Assembly: GCA_000320545.1 (NCBI GenBank) | Contig: ADNK01001626.1 | Location: 1 to 64,000 of the forward strand | Length of the DNA: 64,000 nucleotides | DNA from: Bigelowiella natans CCMP2755 | Taxonomy: Eukaryota > Protista > Cercozoa | Direction: 5' to 3' | Part shown: in pieces, positions 27,180-42,136 of the stretch | How positions within the stretch are numbered: the stretch's first letter is position 1 | Layout: each line of letters opens with the position of its first letter | Program-made: the position numbers and the translations under genes | The notes under the pieces: generated by a model | Seen by the model: the letters and a program-made list of their open reading frames with translations, nothing else | Told to the model about the DNA's origin: nothing | The model's database searches: none

Positions 27180-27786
27180 TGTAACGAATTAGGAGGCTTC
27201 CGTCTCGTTGAAAAGTACAAGAGAGAGTGGTGATATTATCAAGCAACACATCTTCATGGAGCTCATAAAACATAGCCGAAATTGATCCCAGGCGACAAGC
27301 CTTTCCGATCCTGTCGAGGCAGAAAAAGGGCAATGAGGCAGCAGCAGAGAGCGTAGGAAAAAAGCACAAAATAAAAAAAAATCGATGCGGTTTCAGGCTG
27401 GCGACGTCGTACGAATCAACGAATTTCCTAATTCAGCCCTGCAATGTTCATCAAGTAGAAAATCTGGGTTATTAAGCCGGAAAGCTTCATCAATGACTCG
27501 AAGTTGTTGTTATTGTTGTCGTTGTCGTTGTCTCCGTTGATGTGATAATGATGGTGAGATCCGGCATATCATCCCTTTGGGAACTAACAACAACTTCGGG
27601 AACAGATCATTCACGCTCCACTGATCAAATTCCATTGATGGTGAGAACTAACATGGTAAAGCCGCTTTGCATGCTTCCGATGGCTTCGAGCTCTGGAGGT
27701 TCACAGCGCACGGCAACAGTTTTGATGGCAGGCACTTCTTCCATACTAAAAAAAATGACTTCCTCTCGCCCTCGCCCTTAAACATC

Positions 27787-30700
27787 ATGAGGGCGCGCAA
27801 CAGTGTCGGTAAGGACTGCAAAAATACAAACATCTGCTTAGAAGCACTGAACTCATTCGTTCCCGTAATATTACAACAGTACGTGGCCGAGGGCAAGCGG
27901 TGGGAGATGATGAACAAAATGCAATAGGCAAAGTAGCGAATCAAGACAATGGGTCGAACCAGTGGATGATGCTGGTTAGAAAGGCTGCCGCGCTAGCAAA
28001 CGAATGCGTTTGCGAATTTCCTGGTCATGCTGGCAAGGTAGTGTAAAATCTAAAGGATCAAGGCCGAAATGATAAAATATGCATAAGGGTGTTGTTTTCC
28101 CCTTGTAATCAGGCGGAGAAAGCTGCCAATATCCGGAATCGGGCACAGGAACTGCGGGCAATCTTGCAGAGGTTCGGATAGCATTACTACATTTCTATAA
28201 TGATAGCCGCCGATCATTCATTCTCCTCCCCGATAACACCCATCTCTTTCAAAAGATATCCCGTCTTGCGTATGAACTCGTTGAAGAGCCTGTTTCGGAA
28301 GCTCTGGGCGGTCCTCGGAATGCCAAAGAGGCAGGAAGGACAAGAGACTGCGCCCACAAAAGGAGACAGAGCAGCGGAAATAAGCTTTACTCCGATCTGG
28401 CCTTGGGCCTTACGAATCGGATTGCAGACAATTGTATGAAATACTACATTAGAAAACAAGCATAAAAATGGAAAAGGAAAGAGATTAAACAAAAAAGAAG
28501 AAGTTATGCCATTCTGTACAATTTTGATGATTCACGCATATGACGCAGCTTCTTATTTACTTATACTTCAAGGCACTCCCACTGCACAATATTATCGGCG
28601 AAAATGACTTCTCAGTCTTTAGTTCTTGTGCTAAAGCATTCTGGTCGTCGACTCCCTTTTCGAACAGCAAGGCTACTGTTCCACGTCTTTCAGACTATCT
28701 TCCTTTCCAATTACTGAAAGCTGCTCTACTCAATGAAGACGTAGCAGAATCTGCGGAGGACTTAGAGAGTGCATGGGCATTCCGCCTTTTGATCACATCT
28801 GGTAGAGACTATGCTCTGAATATGTAGAAATGGAGTCATTCTCGAAATCAAATCGTTTTTGCAATTTTGCTAAAATGACATTATCATCTTGTAATTGATA
28901 TCTCTCAGCCTTGTTCGAGATCATCGAAAGCGAGAAAAGAACACAAAATCAATATCAGCATCGTCATCGTCATCAACACTTCCGAAGGGAAGAACAAGAA
29001 TTTATGCAATCTATAATCCGCGAATTGCGACTCCTCGTTGCACGGCGAAGAGCCTACTTGCCCAAGGAAAATAGCTCAAGCATCCTATTTAGAGCAGGGT
29101 TGGAGATTCGTCGAAGAATGGCGAACAACTTTGCGGAGAAAACGAGGACAAAATTGCTAGATGCCAAGAGCTTTTCTTTATCACGTTTCGCTACCACCAC
29201 CACCACCACCACCACCACTGGTGTAGTAGACGATGGAGAAGGTAGAGAGACAATGCTGTAATGATACACGTTTTCTAACTCATCAATCTGTATACCGCCT
29301 CATTTATGTGGTCTCAGTAAATCAAAGCCTTCTTTGTTGCAGGGCGTGAGGCTTATTTTGCCGTGAGGCAGAGTTTTGATTCTCTCCTCTGGGATTTCAT
29401 TGGAACGAGGCGACGGGAAGACGGAGGGAGAGAACGAGAAGGAACTAGAGAAAAAGCAACCGAGGAAGAGGAAATGGGTGATATTTACGGTATTGCCAAC
29501 AGTGGTTGCAATGAGCAGCACCATGGCTATCATGAGCAGAAGCAGCCACCCGCCGTCGTATCCTCTTCCTATTCTAACGAAAGTCGTTTTGATGAGCCTC
29601 GCCCTTACACCAAAAAGAAAAGGAAGCTTCATGGCACCAGCATTAGTAGTAATATGAAAATAGGCAGTACATCATCTTCTCCAAGCAGCCCTTCTCTCTC
29701 TTACTTGATATCGAGATCAAAGTTTGTATCGGCATTGCGAGATTCGGTAGAAATGGCCACATTCGCTGCCTCAAGCGGGAGGTTAACAGGCGGCTGCTCC
29801 AATGGGGGCGGCTTCATATCTGCCAAGAAATGCCAGCACCTCGTAGGAGCAGTAATGGCGAGGGTAGATGCTATGGAAGGGAGAGGAGGGGAGAGGACAA
29901 GGAGAAAACAGAAGAATAGGGAATCTAACGGACTTTCCCACCGGCATGACGACGATGGTGGTGCTACTAATGAGAATGAACAACGCTTGGATGTTTCTCG
30001 AACGATAAGGTATAGCTAGCACGCCACTACGATGATCTAGCACCCTTCACCATTGGTATCATATTCGGTGTCAACTCTTAGGAACTAATAAGATACTGCT
30101 GCTGCTGCTGCTGAGGGTGATGTGGTTGATGTGGTTGAATGATGATGTGAAGAACTAATAGTTTCTCCTCTGGCTGCATAATTTAGATCGGTCTCATCTT
30201 CAATGGACTTTATCCTTGGAATGCGTTTGGAAAGCAGCAGCAGCAGCAGCAGCAGCAGCGATGTAAGAGCAACTGCCTCTCCATTCTTCTCCTACTCTCC
30301 CCAACGTAATCAAGTCCTGGGGGCATTTGGAAAGGCGTTGGCAACAACACTTCTGGTCTTAGTGTTGCTGTTTTCGTCTTACACCTACACACACATGTCT
30401 AGTGCGCTTGTTATGATGAGCCCTCTTCGTCCCCAGCACATAGCCTAGCCAATCAGCTCCTGTTCTATGTATTGCATGCTTGCGAGTGTTTCGAGGGATT
30501 TCACCCATAATTTGATTTTCAGGAGGAGGCCGTTCCACCATCAATTTTCACTCTGATATCAGTTTTCAAGCATGCTTTGACGGGGGAGGGGGAAGAAGAT
30601 AATTACAGTTCTCCACTGCCACTTTCATCATCGAATTCCTCGTCATCGTCGTCTTTGTGGAGGCAGCATGATGACTCGCCCTCTCTTCTTCGCTGGACTA

Positions 30701-32456
30701 CCGATCTTATATCTATGACCGCTATTGCGATTGCTCACGAAAAGGGCCTTCAAAGGCGAAGATCGTTATCAGCATCACTATCAGCGTCGTCCTCAATCCT
30801 GGAGGCCAAGGCATGGACTGAAAAAGAAGCTTTGGAATTCAGTACAAAGATTGGCCAACTTTTGGAGACCCTTGGATTTCGTGCTACTACGATGAATGGC
30901 AACAATAGTAGCATAAGCAGTGAAGGAGGCGCAACCAGCAGCCTTGGCGTTGGGAGGCTCATAATGGTGTCGTGTATGGATGCATGGTACTACCATAATA
31001 TATATATTATATATACAAATATAGAGCTTCATACGTCGTCTAACATAAATTTGCAATGGCTAACGACGCGTACCAGTAACATCACGCCTCACATACACAG
31101 GGTGCAAAGGCCGTCACAGGCTCAGAAGGTCACTTCTTTGCTGCATTCTCTCCTCGAGCAGCAGCAGCAGCAGCAGCAGACCTCCTCCTCCTCCTCCTTC
31201 GCTCCACCGTCTACCTCTGGTACGAAGACTAAGAAGAGGAGGAAGATGAGCGTTAAGAAGAAGAAGGAGAAGAAGGGGCCTCACAATTACATTAAAGAAG
31301 AAGGAGAAGATGAAGTAAGAGGAGGAGGAGGAGGAGGTGTTGAAGAGAATCACACAGACATCAAGCAGAGGGAAGCAGCAAATGACCTTTTCTCTCCTCT
31401 CGTAAGTCAGCACACGTGCACATGCTAGTAGTAGCAAGTAGCAGCAGCAGCAACACAAGTATTAGTAGATAGAGCAGGAGGAGCACACTAGTAGGATATT
31501 AGATCTTTCCATATGTTCGGAAATACCCTGTGATCATCGTTTGCTGTGGTCGTCGTGTCGTCGTCGTCATCTTCATCGTGTACATGATTTCAGGGGATGT
31601 TACGCATGTATCTTGCTCGTGTCGTGGAGGAGCTGATACTCCGCGACACCTTCGTTGGACCCTTGCCCCCCGCCCCACTGCACGCATTGATGCCTTTCCT
31701 CAAGACTCCTGCATCATTCACACAACAACGAATGCGACGATCGAGCTCCCCATCTTCCAGGAAAGAAAAGGCAGTGCGGTAGAAGCTATGAGCAGTGCTC
31801 GTTGTTGCTGGGGGAGTTCTGTCCATCACCACTAGCAGAGGGCCTTTCCACAGCCGTTCGTTCTCATCGGACTACGGTAATTACTGAGGAGGAGCGGAAA
31901 GCTGACAAACGAGCGAAGCGATTGAGAGAAGGGGGAGAAGCAATAGTAGTAGCAGTCTTTGTAAGGATGTATAGGGTACGAGATATGACGTATTATGTGT
32001 TGCTGATTATCCCTCCCTCTACCCTCTCCTCCCCCTCTGTTACTACTACTACTATTACTACTACTACTACCATTCATCCATAAAGGGAGGCCTCATGGTC
32101 GCACTATAACCGTATGGCTGCAATCTGCGGTGATGAAGAGGACGACGAAGGTGATGATGCAACAACGGCTGTACTACCATCAGGGACGAAGATGAAGAAG
32201 AGGAGGAGGAGGAGGAGGGCCAATAGCCCAACCTCTCCTGTTGTTCAAAGGATATTGAGGGTTGCGAAGCGCAAGAAGCTCAACGTCAATGTGCGAACAT
32301 TTATACGATCGATTATTCTGTTTCCTGACGAATTGTTGGTTATATGATGCGGTGATGAGGATGGATGCTAATATGATGATGACTATGATCTTCCATTTAC
32401 TACTTTTGACTGTCTCTTTCTCTAATCATGACGATTATTCGATTAAGCAAACACGG

Positions 32457-32507
<51 letters not shown>

Positions 32508-34592
32508 GCGTACACAAAAAAAAAACAGCTTTGGCTCCGATCACTGCTTCACCTTGAGAACGTCATCGTGGTTCCTTCGTCTTGCTCCTCCTCCTCCTCC
32601 TCCTCCTCCTCTACCGTTTTGATGCTGGGTGAGCGGCGGCAGCAGCAGCAGCACCAAAACCAACAAGAATCTTATTCGTGGACGGGTAGTAACTGCTACC
32701 CACTCTGTATAGCTCTGGAACTAGCAGCCGATCTTGACCGCTACGACCGCCAAAATAACATCGCACAAGTCATGTCTGGCATGACTGATAATGATGATTA
32801 CGACAATGACGACGACGAGAGGCTATTCTCTGTGGCGAGGTGGATCGCCACCATGCTCGGGGGACAACAGGGAAATGGAACCAACAAGAGTCGAGCGCGG
32901 TCAGAATCAAACGACTTGAATCTGAAGAAGAGGAAGAATGGTGATTACTGTGCTAGCATTGCGGTGTCTGGAAGTCGGAGAGAAAGGCTTCTCAAAGGGC
33001 TGAGAAGGTTTCTTCACAAAGCGGCAATGAGACAGGAAGCATCGATATTGCGGTACTACTACTATTACTACGAATACTGCCACTACTACTATGAGAATAA
33101 GTTGAAGTGCTAATGGTACTTCTTGGACTATTTCTACTACCACGTGCATCATCTTGAGTAGCCATATGCCGAGTTGATGATGATGGGGAGGTGGGGGAGG
33201 AAGTGGAGGAGGAGAAGGCCTTAGAATCGTTGTATTGAGCGGCCTGTGCCAGCTTTATAAATATACTCTCCGTCGCATAATCAACGACAACAACAACAAC
33301 AACAACGATGACTTCCTATTGGCCTGACGATGAGAACAAAATAGGAGGATTGTGGACGAGATGCAGCACTTGGATTGGGACGACACTGGGGTACAAACCA
33401 ACTATATCCTCAAAAAAATCTAAATACTAATTATTGTTGTTGATGAGACGCCTTCTCCCACACAAAAACTTCACACCCCTTTTTTGGGTCATTACCTACT
33501 ATCTCCGCACCCATTTTTACCAGGTGCATGACATTGCCCTGCTGTCACACCGAGCTCTCCGAGTAGTAGTAGCACCGCCCATGACTAATCCTACACAGAG
33601 GTACAACAGTAATACCACCGATTGTATCCATAAGAAGGGGAGGAGGGGGGGTACGATAGGCAAATCTAACATCATAATCATCAACCGCAGAATTGCAGGA
33701 CAAGAAATGCGGCAGCAGCATTTGAACGATGAAGAAGCAACACTATCTTCCTCCTCTTCGCGTCTGGGAAGAAAAGGAGCTCAAATGGCGGGAGAAGAAG
33801 AACCAGAGGCACCAGATATAGTAAGTAGCGTGTGGATGCACCTACTTCGTCATTTTGACGAGGGAGGACCGGGAAGGTGATCCATATCTACAAATAGATG
33901 ATGATGACTTCTACTCATCATCATCATCATCGTTACTTTGTCGTAGTCGTTGTGTCCACCAGAGGTGCATCACAAAGGATGTTTCACCTTGCTCCTCCTC
34001 CTCCTCCTCCTCCTCCTTCTCCTCCTCTTGCTGCTGCTGCTGCTGGTGGTGGTGGTTTCATACTTCCCACCGCACCTCTTCCGTCCATCATTCAGTACAC
34101 TCATATTACCTCTCCTCCTCCTCCTCCTCCTCCTCCTCCTCCTCCTCGTCCTCCTCTATTAGCGCTTTGATGTCAGTTTGCCAATTTCTCGGAAGCATAC
34201 AAGCAGGGGAGAACAAGAAGAAGAGAAAGATGATGATGGAGACGGGGAGTCGCAAATACTTCGGAGAAAGGCCCGACGATCATCATCAACAACAACAACA
34301 ACAAGAAGAAGAAGAACAACAACAACACCTTCTGCCCCTCCGAGCTTGGAAAAGAGCTGTGTCTAGCTTGACCCCAAGACTGTGTCATCAACTTGCTAAA
34401 CGTTGGGCCCTGAGCAAACAAGATCAGCAAAGTCTCCCCATTAGAAGAGGTCAAGGAGGAGGAGGACCAGAAATGACAATCATAAGAAGCATGCTTCGAT
34501 GGCTTGTTCTCTGGCGGATACCATGTAAGAGTTTGTATAATGCCGGCTGGTCGAGAGAGGAGGGGGGGTGGAAAGAGAAGAGAGAAGAAAGT

Positions 34593-34634
<42 letters not shown>

Positions 34635-37600
34635 AGTGCCATGCATCATTTTCGTCATCGTCGTCATTATTATTGAAATCTCTGTCTGTTTCATTTTCCA
34701 GTTGTATTTCACCATTAATCATCCGACCCTTCCATCGTCTCTGCGCCTTCTATATTTGCCTTTTGATGTATCAGTTTGGCAGATCATCGTAAGAAATCTA
34801 TTTGCGCCTCCTCCTCGAAAGATCTTCAGGCTATTTGCTCAAGTGGCACTAAGCTCCTCCTCATCATCATCATCATCAACAACAACAACAAGTCTCTCTC
34901 CTGCAAGTCGTCGTCGCGGCAAGTCCAAACCACCATCCCTGAATGCTGATCGTGTCACCTCGTCCATGCTGTCTCCTTTGCACGCCTTACGTCAGAACAG
35001 CAGCAACTTATTGACGACGACAACGACGACAACTAGGAAGAAGAGTTCCCTACATTCTCATCATCATTATCAACAGCGATGGGCTGGTGGTGATGGCGAG
35101 CTGGAGAGAGAGGATTATGAGGAGGAGGAGGAAGAGGAGGAATGTGGCCGGCAACCAGCTAAGATTGCTCGGCACTTACTGCGGAGATTTGGTGATATGG
35201 AAGGGCATCGTCCTGAGCAGAAGAAGAGCACGTTCCAGAAAAAGAAACGAGGGAAAAGCAAAACTGCGACAACGCCACAATTAGCAGGGCGACAAGCGCC
35301 ACGAGGAGAAGGAGGAGGAGGAGGAGGAGGAGGAGGAGGAAGAAGAAACCGGTCTTCTATAGCTGCGCACGTGATTGGGGGTGATACAAGTGCTCTCATT
35401 CAAGGTGCAATGATTTTGGTGATGAATCAGCCGATATCAAAGGGAGGAGGAGTTACAGCGATCAGTCAGCTACTTCTAGAGGCATCAGAAGCATTACAGC
35501 CTCTAGGAGAGACGCTCGAGAAAGAGCTATGGCTCCTACTTCATGCATATATCCGCCTAATTAGCAAGGAGGTTAAGAAGAAAATGAGTAAGGATGCGCC
35601 TCCAAGCAACAACAACGGCAACAACAACAAATACGAGTTCCATGATAATAGCGGCAAGCAAGATACAAAAGCAGCAGTATTTAGACCGGCTGTGCACAAC
35701 GGCAACTTCGTCAGCAATAGCACCGTGGGAAGACACGTCTCCACAGAAGATGCGATGTATATCAATAATCATCCATCATTCAGAATGGAAGAGCAGAGCA
35801 ATGATGATAGTAGCGATGATGATGATAATGATGATATTGATGATGATGACCATTATGCAGACATAGAGCTTGAATTCTTCAACGAAATGCCACCCGGAGC
35901 GTGGCTTCGATGCGCTGATTTATTTGTCGGAATGCACGGTCGCATTGCCTCGGTATTGTCAGATATTAGAATACACGAAGCCATTCTCTCCCAGATCATA
36001 GAGGAGATTGGCCAAAAGGCACTAGCAATCGCCTCACAGAGTGGTGTTTCAACAACAAGAATTGTATCGTCGCCCACGTCGTCGTCGTTTACACGGAGAA
36101 GTCACCACTTTCCTTTGGTGGATTTCGTGAGCAGGATTCTTGAGAGAGCAGCATCAACAGCAACTGCCGCAACATCGTCATCGTCAGTGCATTTTGATAT
36201 TGATGACGATTATAACGATTCCGACATATTGAAGGGGTGCTACCCACTCATCTCTTCTCTCCAAAGCATATTATGTATAGAGAGGGATATTGGACGTTGT
36301 TTCGGCCTTTCTTCTGAGGACTTTGCAACGTCAGTGATGCTGGGAGGCCGCAGAGTAGCATGGTGGCGACAATGCTTGAAGAAATCGTTATCATCATTAT
36401 CTTACTCTTCCTGTGACTCTGATGATGCTCTTATAACGTCCTCTTCCTCATACCCATTTGAGCAGTTGCTGCCCACATGGAGGTGGTACAAAACTTTGAG
36501 AAATTCAATATCATCGTCGGAAACATCATTTTCATCATCATCATCATCATCATCTTTGCCCATGAGCGGCGGTTCAAAGGAAGAGGTAGGCATGTTGGCC
36601 GTAGCACCAGATCATTCAGTAGCAAATCTCGTTTCGTTTGAGTCATTCGTTCGCTGCAAAGTGATGGAGCAGCTGCGGCGGCGTGGTGCTAGTAATGACC
36701 GCATTGCATCAGGAACAACAGCATCGAGTTTGAATAATCGTCATCATCATCATAGTAGCCACCATCACCACTGCCAGCAGCAACAGCATTTATTTCACCC
36801 GTCTTTAGTCTCGCACCACGTTGCGACATTGGATCGGTTTTCGTCTCGACTTTCACCTCGTCGTCGTCTTTCCAAGCCGCAGCTTCTCACCCAGATGGCC
36901 TCTGCTCTAGCAAGAACGCCATTCCCTCTGCCCTTGTCGCTCTTATCCGCGTATCGAACGATTTGTAATACAGTGGTAGCTGAGAGGGCTATTCATCAAA
37001 GGTGTTGTGTCTCTTCACCCCAGCAGATCGAAGGCTGTATGTGGTGGGCTTCATGGATACGGACAACTCTTCTCAATACAAGAAGGCAGCAAGGCTTGGA
37101 TGATGATGAGGAGGAGAATGATAGGGATCTTGCTGTTCGTTCCACGATAATACCTCAATCACTGGAGAACATAATAAACGCAACACCGACACTGGTAAGG
37201 GGGGGGGGGGGGGCATGAATTTTGTGCTGCTTTTTGGGAGTTAACAACACGTTATATGCTCTCTAGAGTTTCTACATCGCTGCTTACAAATGTCTTGGTG
37301 ATGATGTTGATGACGATGAGATGATAGTTATGATAATGATGATGATGGTGATGAAATAAATGGTTGTGGTGATAACTAGGTGTGGAAGCCTTGCGGATTC
37401 TGCCAGCATGATGTACAAGACCGAATCGTATCGGAAGTTTTAGAAGCGCTTCTCAAAACGCGAATCGTTTTGAGTCTGGAATCTATTGTCAGGGTAAAGT
37501 TTCATGAAATTGAGATGAGAGTAAAACGGAGGACATTGTTGCGTTATTGTGATTGAATTTCATGCTTGTGTTTAGGTCATTGAAGGAGTATTATTCTTTG

Positions 37601-37779
37601 AATTTGAGAGCCGAAAGAAGCCGCAGACCAAAAAGAAGCCCAGAAATTCGTCCCTAGTCAGCGAAAGGCTAATGGATTTGAAGAAAGATGTGGGGTCCAT
37701 GAAAGATAGCCCTAATCTTAATAATGTTTATTTAGCACTAGAAAGGTACCGAGGAATGTTACTGCTGTTAAATCGCTAA
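27787..37779 (+). CDS. Very large hypothetical protein (>2000 aa), helical blocks separated by low-complexity inserts; family not recognised
   Basis: Phase-consistent exon chain from MRARNSV|VRGRGQ..|AEKAANIRNRAQELRAILQR|YPVLRM..; long ORFs at 29363, 30577, 32262, 33855 and 34504-37218; last exon ..YLALERYRGMLLLLNR-stop; internal exons not fully resolved. Confidence 0.7.
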
Positions 37780-39034
37780 TGATGTTCCATAAGAACGATT
37801 AGAAATTTTTAATCACACATGGAAAAAATGATGATAAACTTAATGATTCAGTTTGAAAGCCAAAATTCATGTTTTCCCTGGGGCACATGACTAGATGAGC
37901 ATGACAGTGCAACTGATTCTACATCGCTTGTCAAGCGCGCATGAAAGGTGAATTGCAGGCTAGCAGGGTGCTAGCCAGGCTTTCTCTGTCGCTTTCAATG
38001 CACGTTGCTTATCGACGTGCATGGCCACCGCGACATTCATTAGTCATGCATGCTCATCACACGCTAGCACGCATCAGCGTGATTTTTTCATTGCATGCCG
38101 CATCAGCATTGCTAGATTGTTGGACAATTTTTGCGGACTGCTGGTGTGATGGAAATGATGGTTCTGGATTAGAGACATTTGTCCACAATGTAGTCCACAT
38201 TCAAGCCATGCTGGCACGGGCTAGTGTCATCATGCATGGACAACGCAATGTCACATGTGCACTACACATGCCATTACTGTGTCTATCATGGGGATACTCA
38301 TTGTAGACAACGTAATATTATGTATGTACTACATGTGCTATCACTGTGTCTATCATTGTTGAGCGGATCATTCCAGCATGGCACGATGATCACAATGCCA
38401 GAGTGCATGGCAAACCAACCGTGCAACAAATGGACCAAATGGCTTGCACTTGCAAACGTCAAAGGTCATTGACAACTTTGAATGAACATGTCAAGTGTCT
38501 CGTGACACGAAAAATGGTTTGCACAATCCGGATGACGTGTTCTGCTGCCAGTGACAGACATGGCACGAGCATTCTCTCGTTCTTTTGGTTGCTTTGAATT
38601 GCACTTTCAGGTTCACATGATCGTCAAGGAATCAATTTTCAACAACGTTGCTCAAATTCTGAGAGGAAAGAAATCACCTCGAGGGTCATTCACATGATTC
38701 AGCCAACCCAGGAGACGAAGAAGAAGAAGAAGAAGAACGAGGAGGGGCAAGCCAGTTGACAAAGATGCTCAAATGTTGCTAGAATGGGTAAAATCCATGG
38801 GATTGTAAGGGGGCGACATGCGTAAAATGTTGTCGTTCATTCAAATTGAAACGATGGTGATCAGGACAAATCTCACAGCGCTTCCTCACAGTGGCGATGT
38901 GTAGCGGCGTGGTGGGGAAAAGATGAGTAGGAGTGAGTAGGACTGATAGCAACACCTACGCAGCCGTTCGTACCTGAGGAGAAACAGACACATAGTGTCG
39001 AAGCTGCAGTGCACAATTGGAAATCTAGGCTTGG

Positions 39035-39600
39035 ATGATTATGCGTCTATTTGGATCTCACCCACTCCGATTAGTTGCACTTGGGGCCTTACTACTCGCA
39101 ATATCACTTCTACTCTACGGCCATGCTCACCTATTCTCCGTACATGCAAACACTTGGATGATAAACAGCTCGAGAAGTAATTGATGATTTGCCCGGATTC
39201 ACCATGATATGTACACATTTGATCTGAATTTAACTTTTGGTTAGATGTTCATTTCGATGACAGTTCTCGGAGTAGTAGTATGGGCAGAGGCAGTAGTAAC
39301 AATGGTAGGGGTAGAAGTGATCGAAGCAAGGATCTTCCAAGTTTATCCGAAATTGGAAACGACATCGTGGCCGTGCCTTCGCGAAGGATTACCAATGGCG
39401 GCGGCGACAGCTCACAGCAGCCGTTGAATCTAGAAGAAAGAGTACGCTTGCTTGAGCTCAAGGTTGTTGCTGTCTATTTGCATGTTCTTATCCGTGTTTC
39501 CTCTCTTCTTTTTGCCTTTATTTTTCTTTTCTCCGCTCCTTCCTTTGCAAGTATGGCACTACCTGCTGCACCTGAACGACAGCATAAACAAATCGGCATG

Positions 39601-39646
<46 letters not shown>

Positions 39647-40873
39647 TTTATTTCATCAACGAGGAAGCCATTATCCAACAGATATGACAAACCTGAGTTG
39701 TGAATCAGACAGATCATTTTGCTGCTTTGCTTTATGTTTGGGTCTTAGCTGAACTCTCACTTGAGTTGGTTGCGGAAACCCAGCTTTGGCTCGAGAAGGC
39801 AGGTCGTCGTTCGTACACAGTTTAAGGCTGCAACAACACAATCTTCTTCTTCTTCTTCCTCTTCTTCTTTTTCTTCTTCATCTTCATCTTCATCTCTTGG
39901 GTGAGAAGTTATTTTAAGTCGAAATTTGTACCGCTATTATCCTCCCAGGCAACTTGTAAAGATGTCAAGTTGTATGGCGAGCAGTACGTCTGCTTAGATC
40001 ATTTCCCTCCAAAGAATAGATCGTGCATTGTCTACGATTTCGGTATTCGTGATCAGGTCGGCGCTACCCTTTCAATTCTAACTTGGTGTTTTCCACACGA
40101 AATCAAGAAAATCGGTTCATCCAACGATTTGATTCATTATTTTACATACTAATAATTCGCACCATATCACCATCATCATCATCATCATCATCGTCATTAT
40201 AATCTGTCTACTATCTGACTGGCAGCCTGAATTTGGTGTGGAGATTGCTCGTAAACACAAATGCGAGGTACATATATTTGCATCGATGATCATGATACTC
40301 TTCTTATGTAATTCTGCGCTTTCAAAGAAAGATTGAATGGTACAGGGAAGAAGTTACATTTCTATATGACTACAAATCTCACTCATTCCAGGTTCACGCC
40401 TTCGATCCAAGCCCTGTCTCGTTGGAATGGTGGGAAAGCGAAAGTAAACAGACACCGCCATACTTCACATATCAAGGATATCTGAAATGACGACGACGAA
40501 CTTCTCCTGACTTTCAATTCTCTACACCATCAGAAGAAAGGCTGAGTGAAGTTCCTGGATATCACTTTCACCCATACGGTGCTGGGGGGGTAACTATCGA
40601 CGATAGGAAGAATAAGAAGAAAAGAAATTGATATGATGTTTAATATCTTGAAGCCTCTTTTTGTCGCTCGATGATTGCTTACTACGCGTTAAATTTGGTA
40701 TTTTTTTCAGATAAATGGCAATGTAAAATTGTACGAGTATAGTTGGGAACAAGTAGCAAATATTAGAATTCCAGTCTCAGTGTCAGATAAATGTACCAAG
40801 GTTGCTTTTCCCACCTATGCAGCATGCATGATGATGATGAAAGGTTATAACAAATACACACACACACACACAC

Positions 40874-40919
<46 letters not shown>

Positions 40920-42136
40920 AAACATATGTGTGTGTGTGTGTGTGTGTGTTTGTCATAATGGGTTTCATGAACTACCCTCAGGAAGCATGCGAATTAATGG
41001 AGGCCGAGCAGAAAGAATTCAAGGTAGAGATAGTATGTATGGGAATAGAGAGAGGGAGGCAAGGGACATCTGCCGAAAGCAGAGAAGATCAGCTCGATTC
41101 GATATTAGTTTTTATTTGGGATTGTAATGGATCTTCTTTCCCCCCCCCTCATCTCATCCTCTTTTGATTAAAGCTGCCGGTCCGCACCTTTGAGAGCATC
41201 AAGAACGAGCTCGGCCATGCGAATAAAACGATAGACATCGTGAAGCTTGATGTAGAAGGTCGTAGCTGTGACTGGTGATGATCATGATGATTTAGATGTG
41301 GCAGATCAGCAGCAGCAGCAGCAGCAGTAAATAATGGATCCTGGAGGCTTAAAATGAAAACTGACAGACCTGTGTGTTTCGTAGGCTCTGAATGGGAATT
41401 TTTGCAGCAGCTTTTGGACCAGTAAACTACTATTCATGCCTTGTTTTTGAATAAAATAGGGTTTGCTGTTGCTTTTATCATCATCTGCATGATGTTTCGC
41501 TTGAATGTATAGAAGCCATACAAGCTTACTTACCGCATTTAATTTTCCAGGGGGTGTCCAGACATTGACCAGTTTACTATCGAATACCATCACTACACCT
41601 TTGATAACAGGTGATAATAATAGTGGTGGTGGTGAGGATCATGAGGATCGTACTGATTATTGGAGAGCTTTATTTCCAACAGGGAGATATCGATAAATTA
41701 TAGGCTTACAAACTAATATCTACTTTTCTCAACATATGCAGATATGGTGGTGATGCTTCTCCAGAGATTAACTTAATATCGACGTTGCTTCATGTCTGCG
41801 GTCTGAAATCGGTGATGTTTTTGCATTGCTTGTCCTTTTTTGTCTATCTACCACTGATAGCTTTGCTATACATTTTGACAGTATCAGCTTGATTACGAAA
41901 TGGGTGGGTTCCCAGATGGAGCAAAACTTTACAAGGTTGTTGAAATAGGATGATTAGTCCTGAATCTATTGTCTCAATTTTTGCGATGTACATTTGGTTA
42001 TTCATTGATAGAAATTTTCATCATGCAATAATTTCATCAGGATTACGGATTGCAGCTGTATTTCAATACCATATCTTATGCTAAGCACTTAAAGCCATGG
42101 AATGAGAATCAAAAAGAAGAGGAGGAAACTAACTAG
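39035..42136 (+). CDS. Type II membrane SAM-dependent methyltransferase (Methyltransf_22 / METTL24 / FkbM-like)
   Basis: Signal anchor LVALGALLLAISLLLY; motifs YVCLD..CIVYDFGI..CEVHAFDPS, FHPYGAGG, ELGH..IDIVKLDVEGSEWEFL, DQFTIEYH. Confidence 0.88.

Noticed and set aside
27112-27781. ORFs between the two divergent hypothetical genes
   Set aside because: Stops in all frames and no consistent exon chain; likely promoter/5' UTR
2401-38686. Shared 13-mer TCACCTCGAGGGT at ~2401 and ~38674
   Set aside because: 13-mer matches are expected by chance in 64 kb
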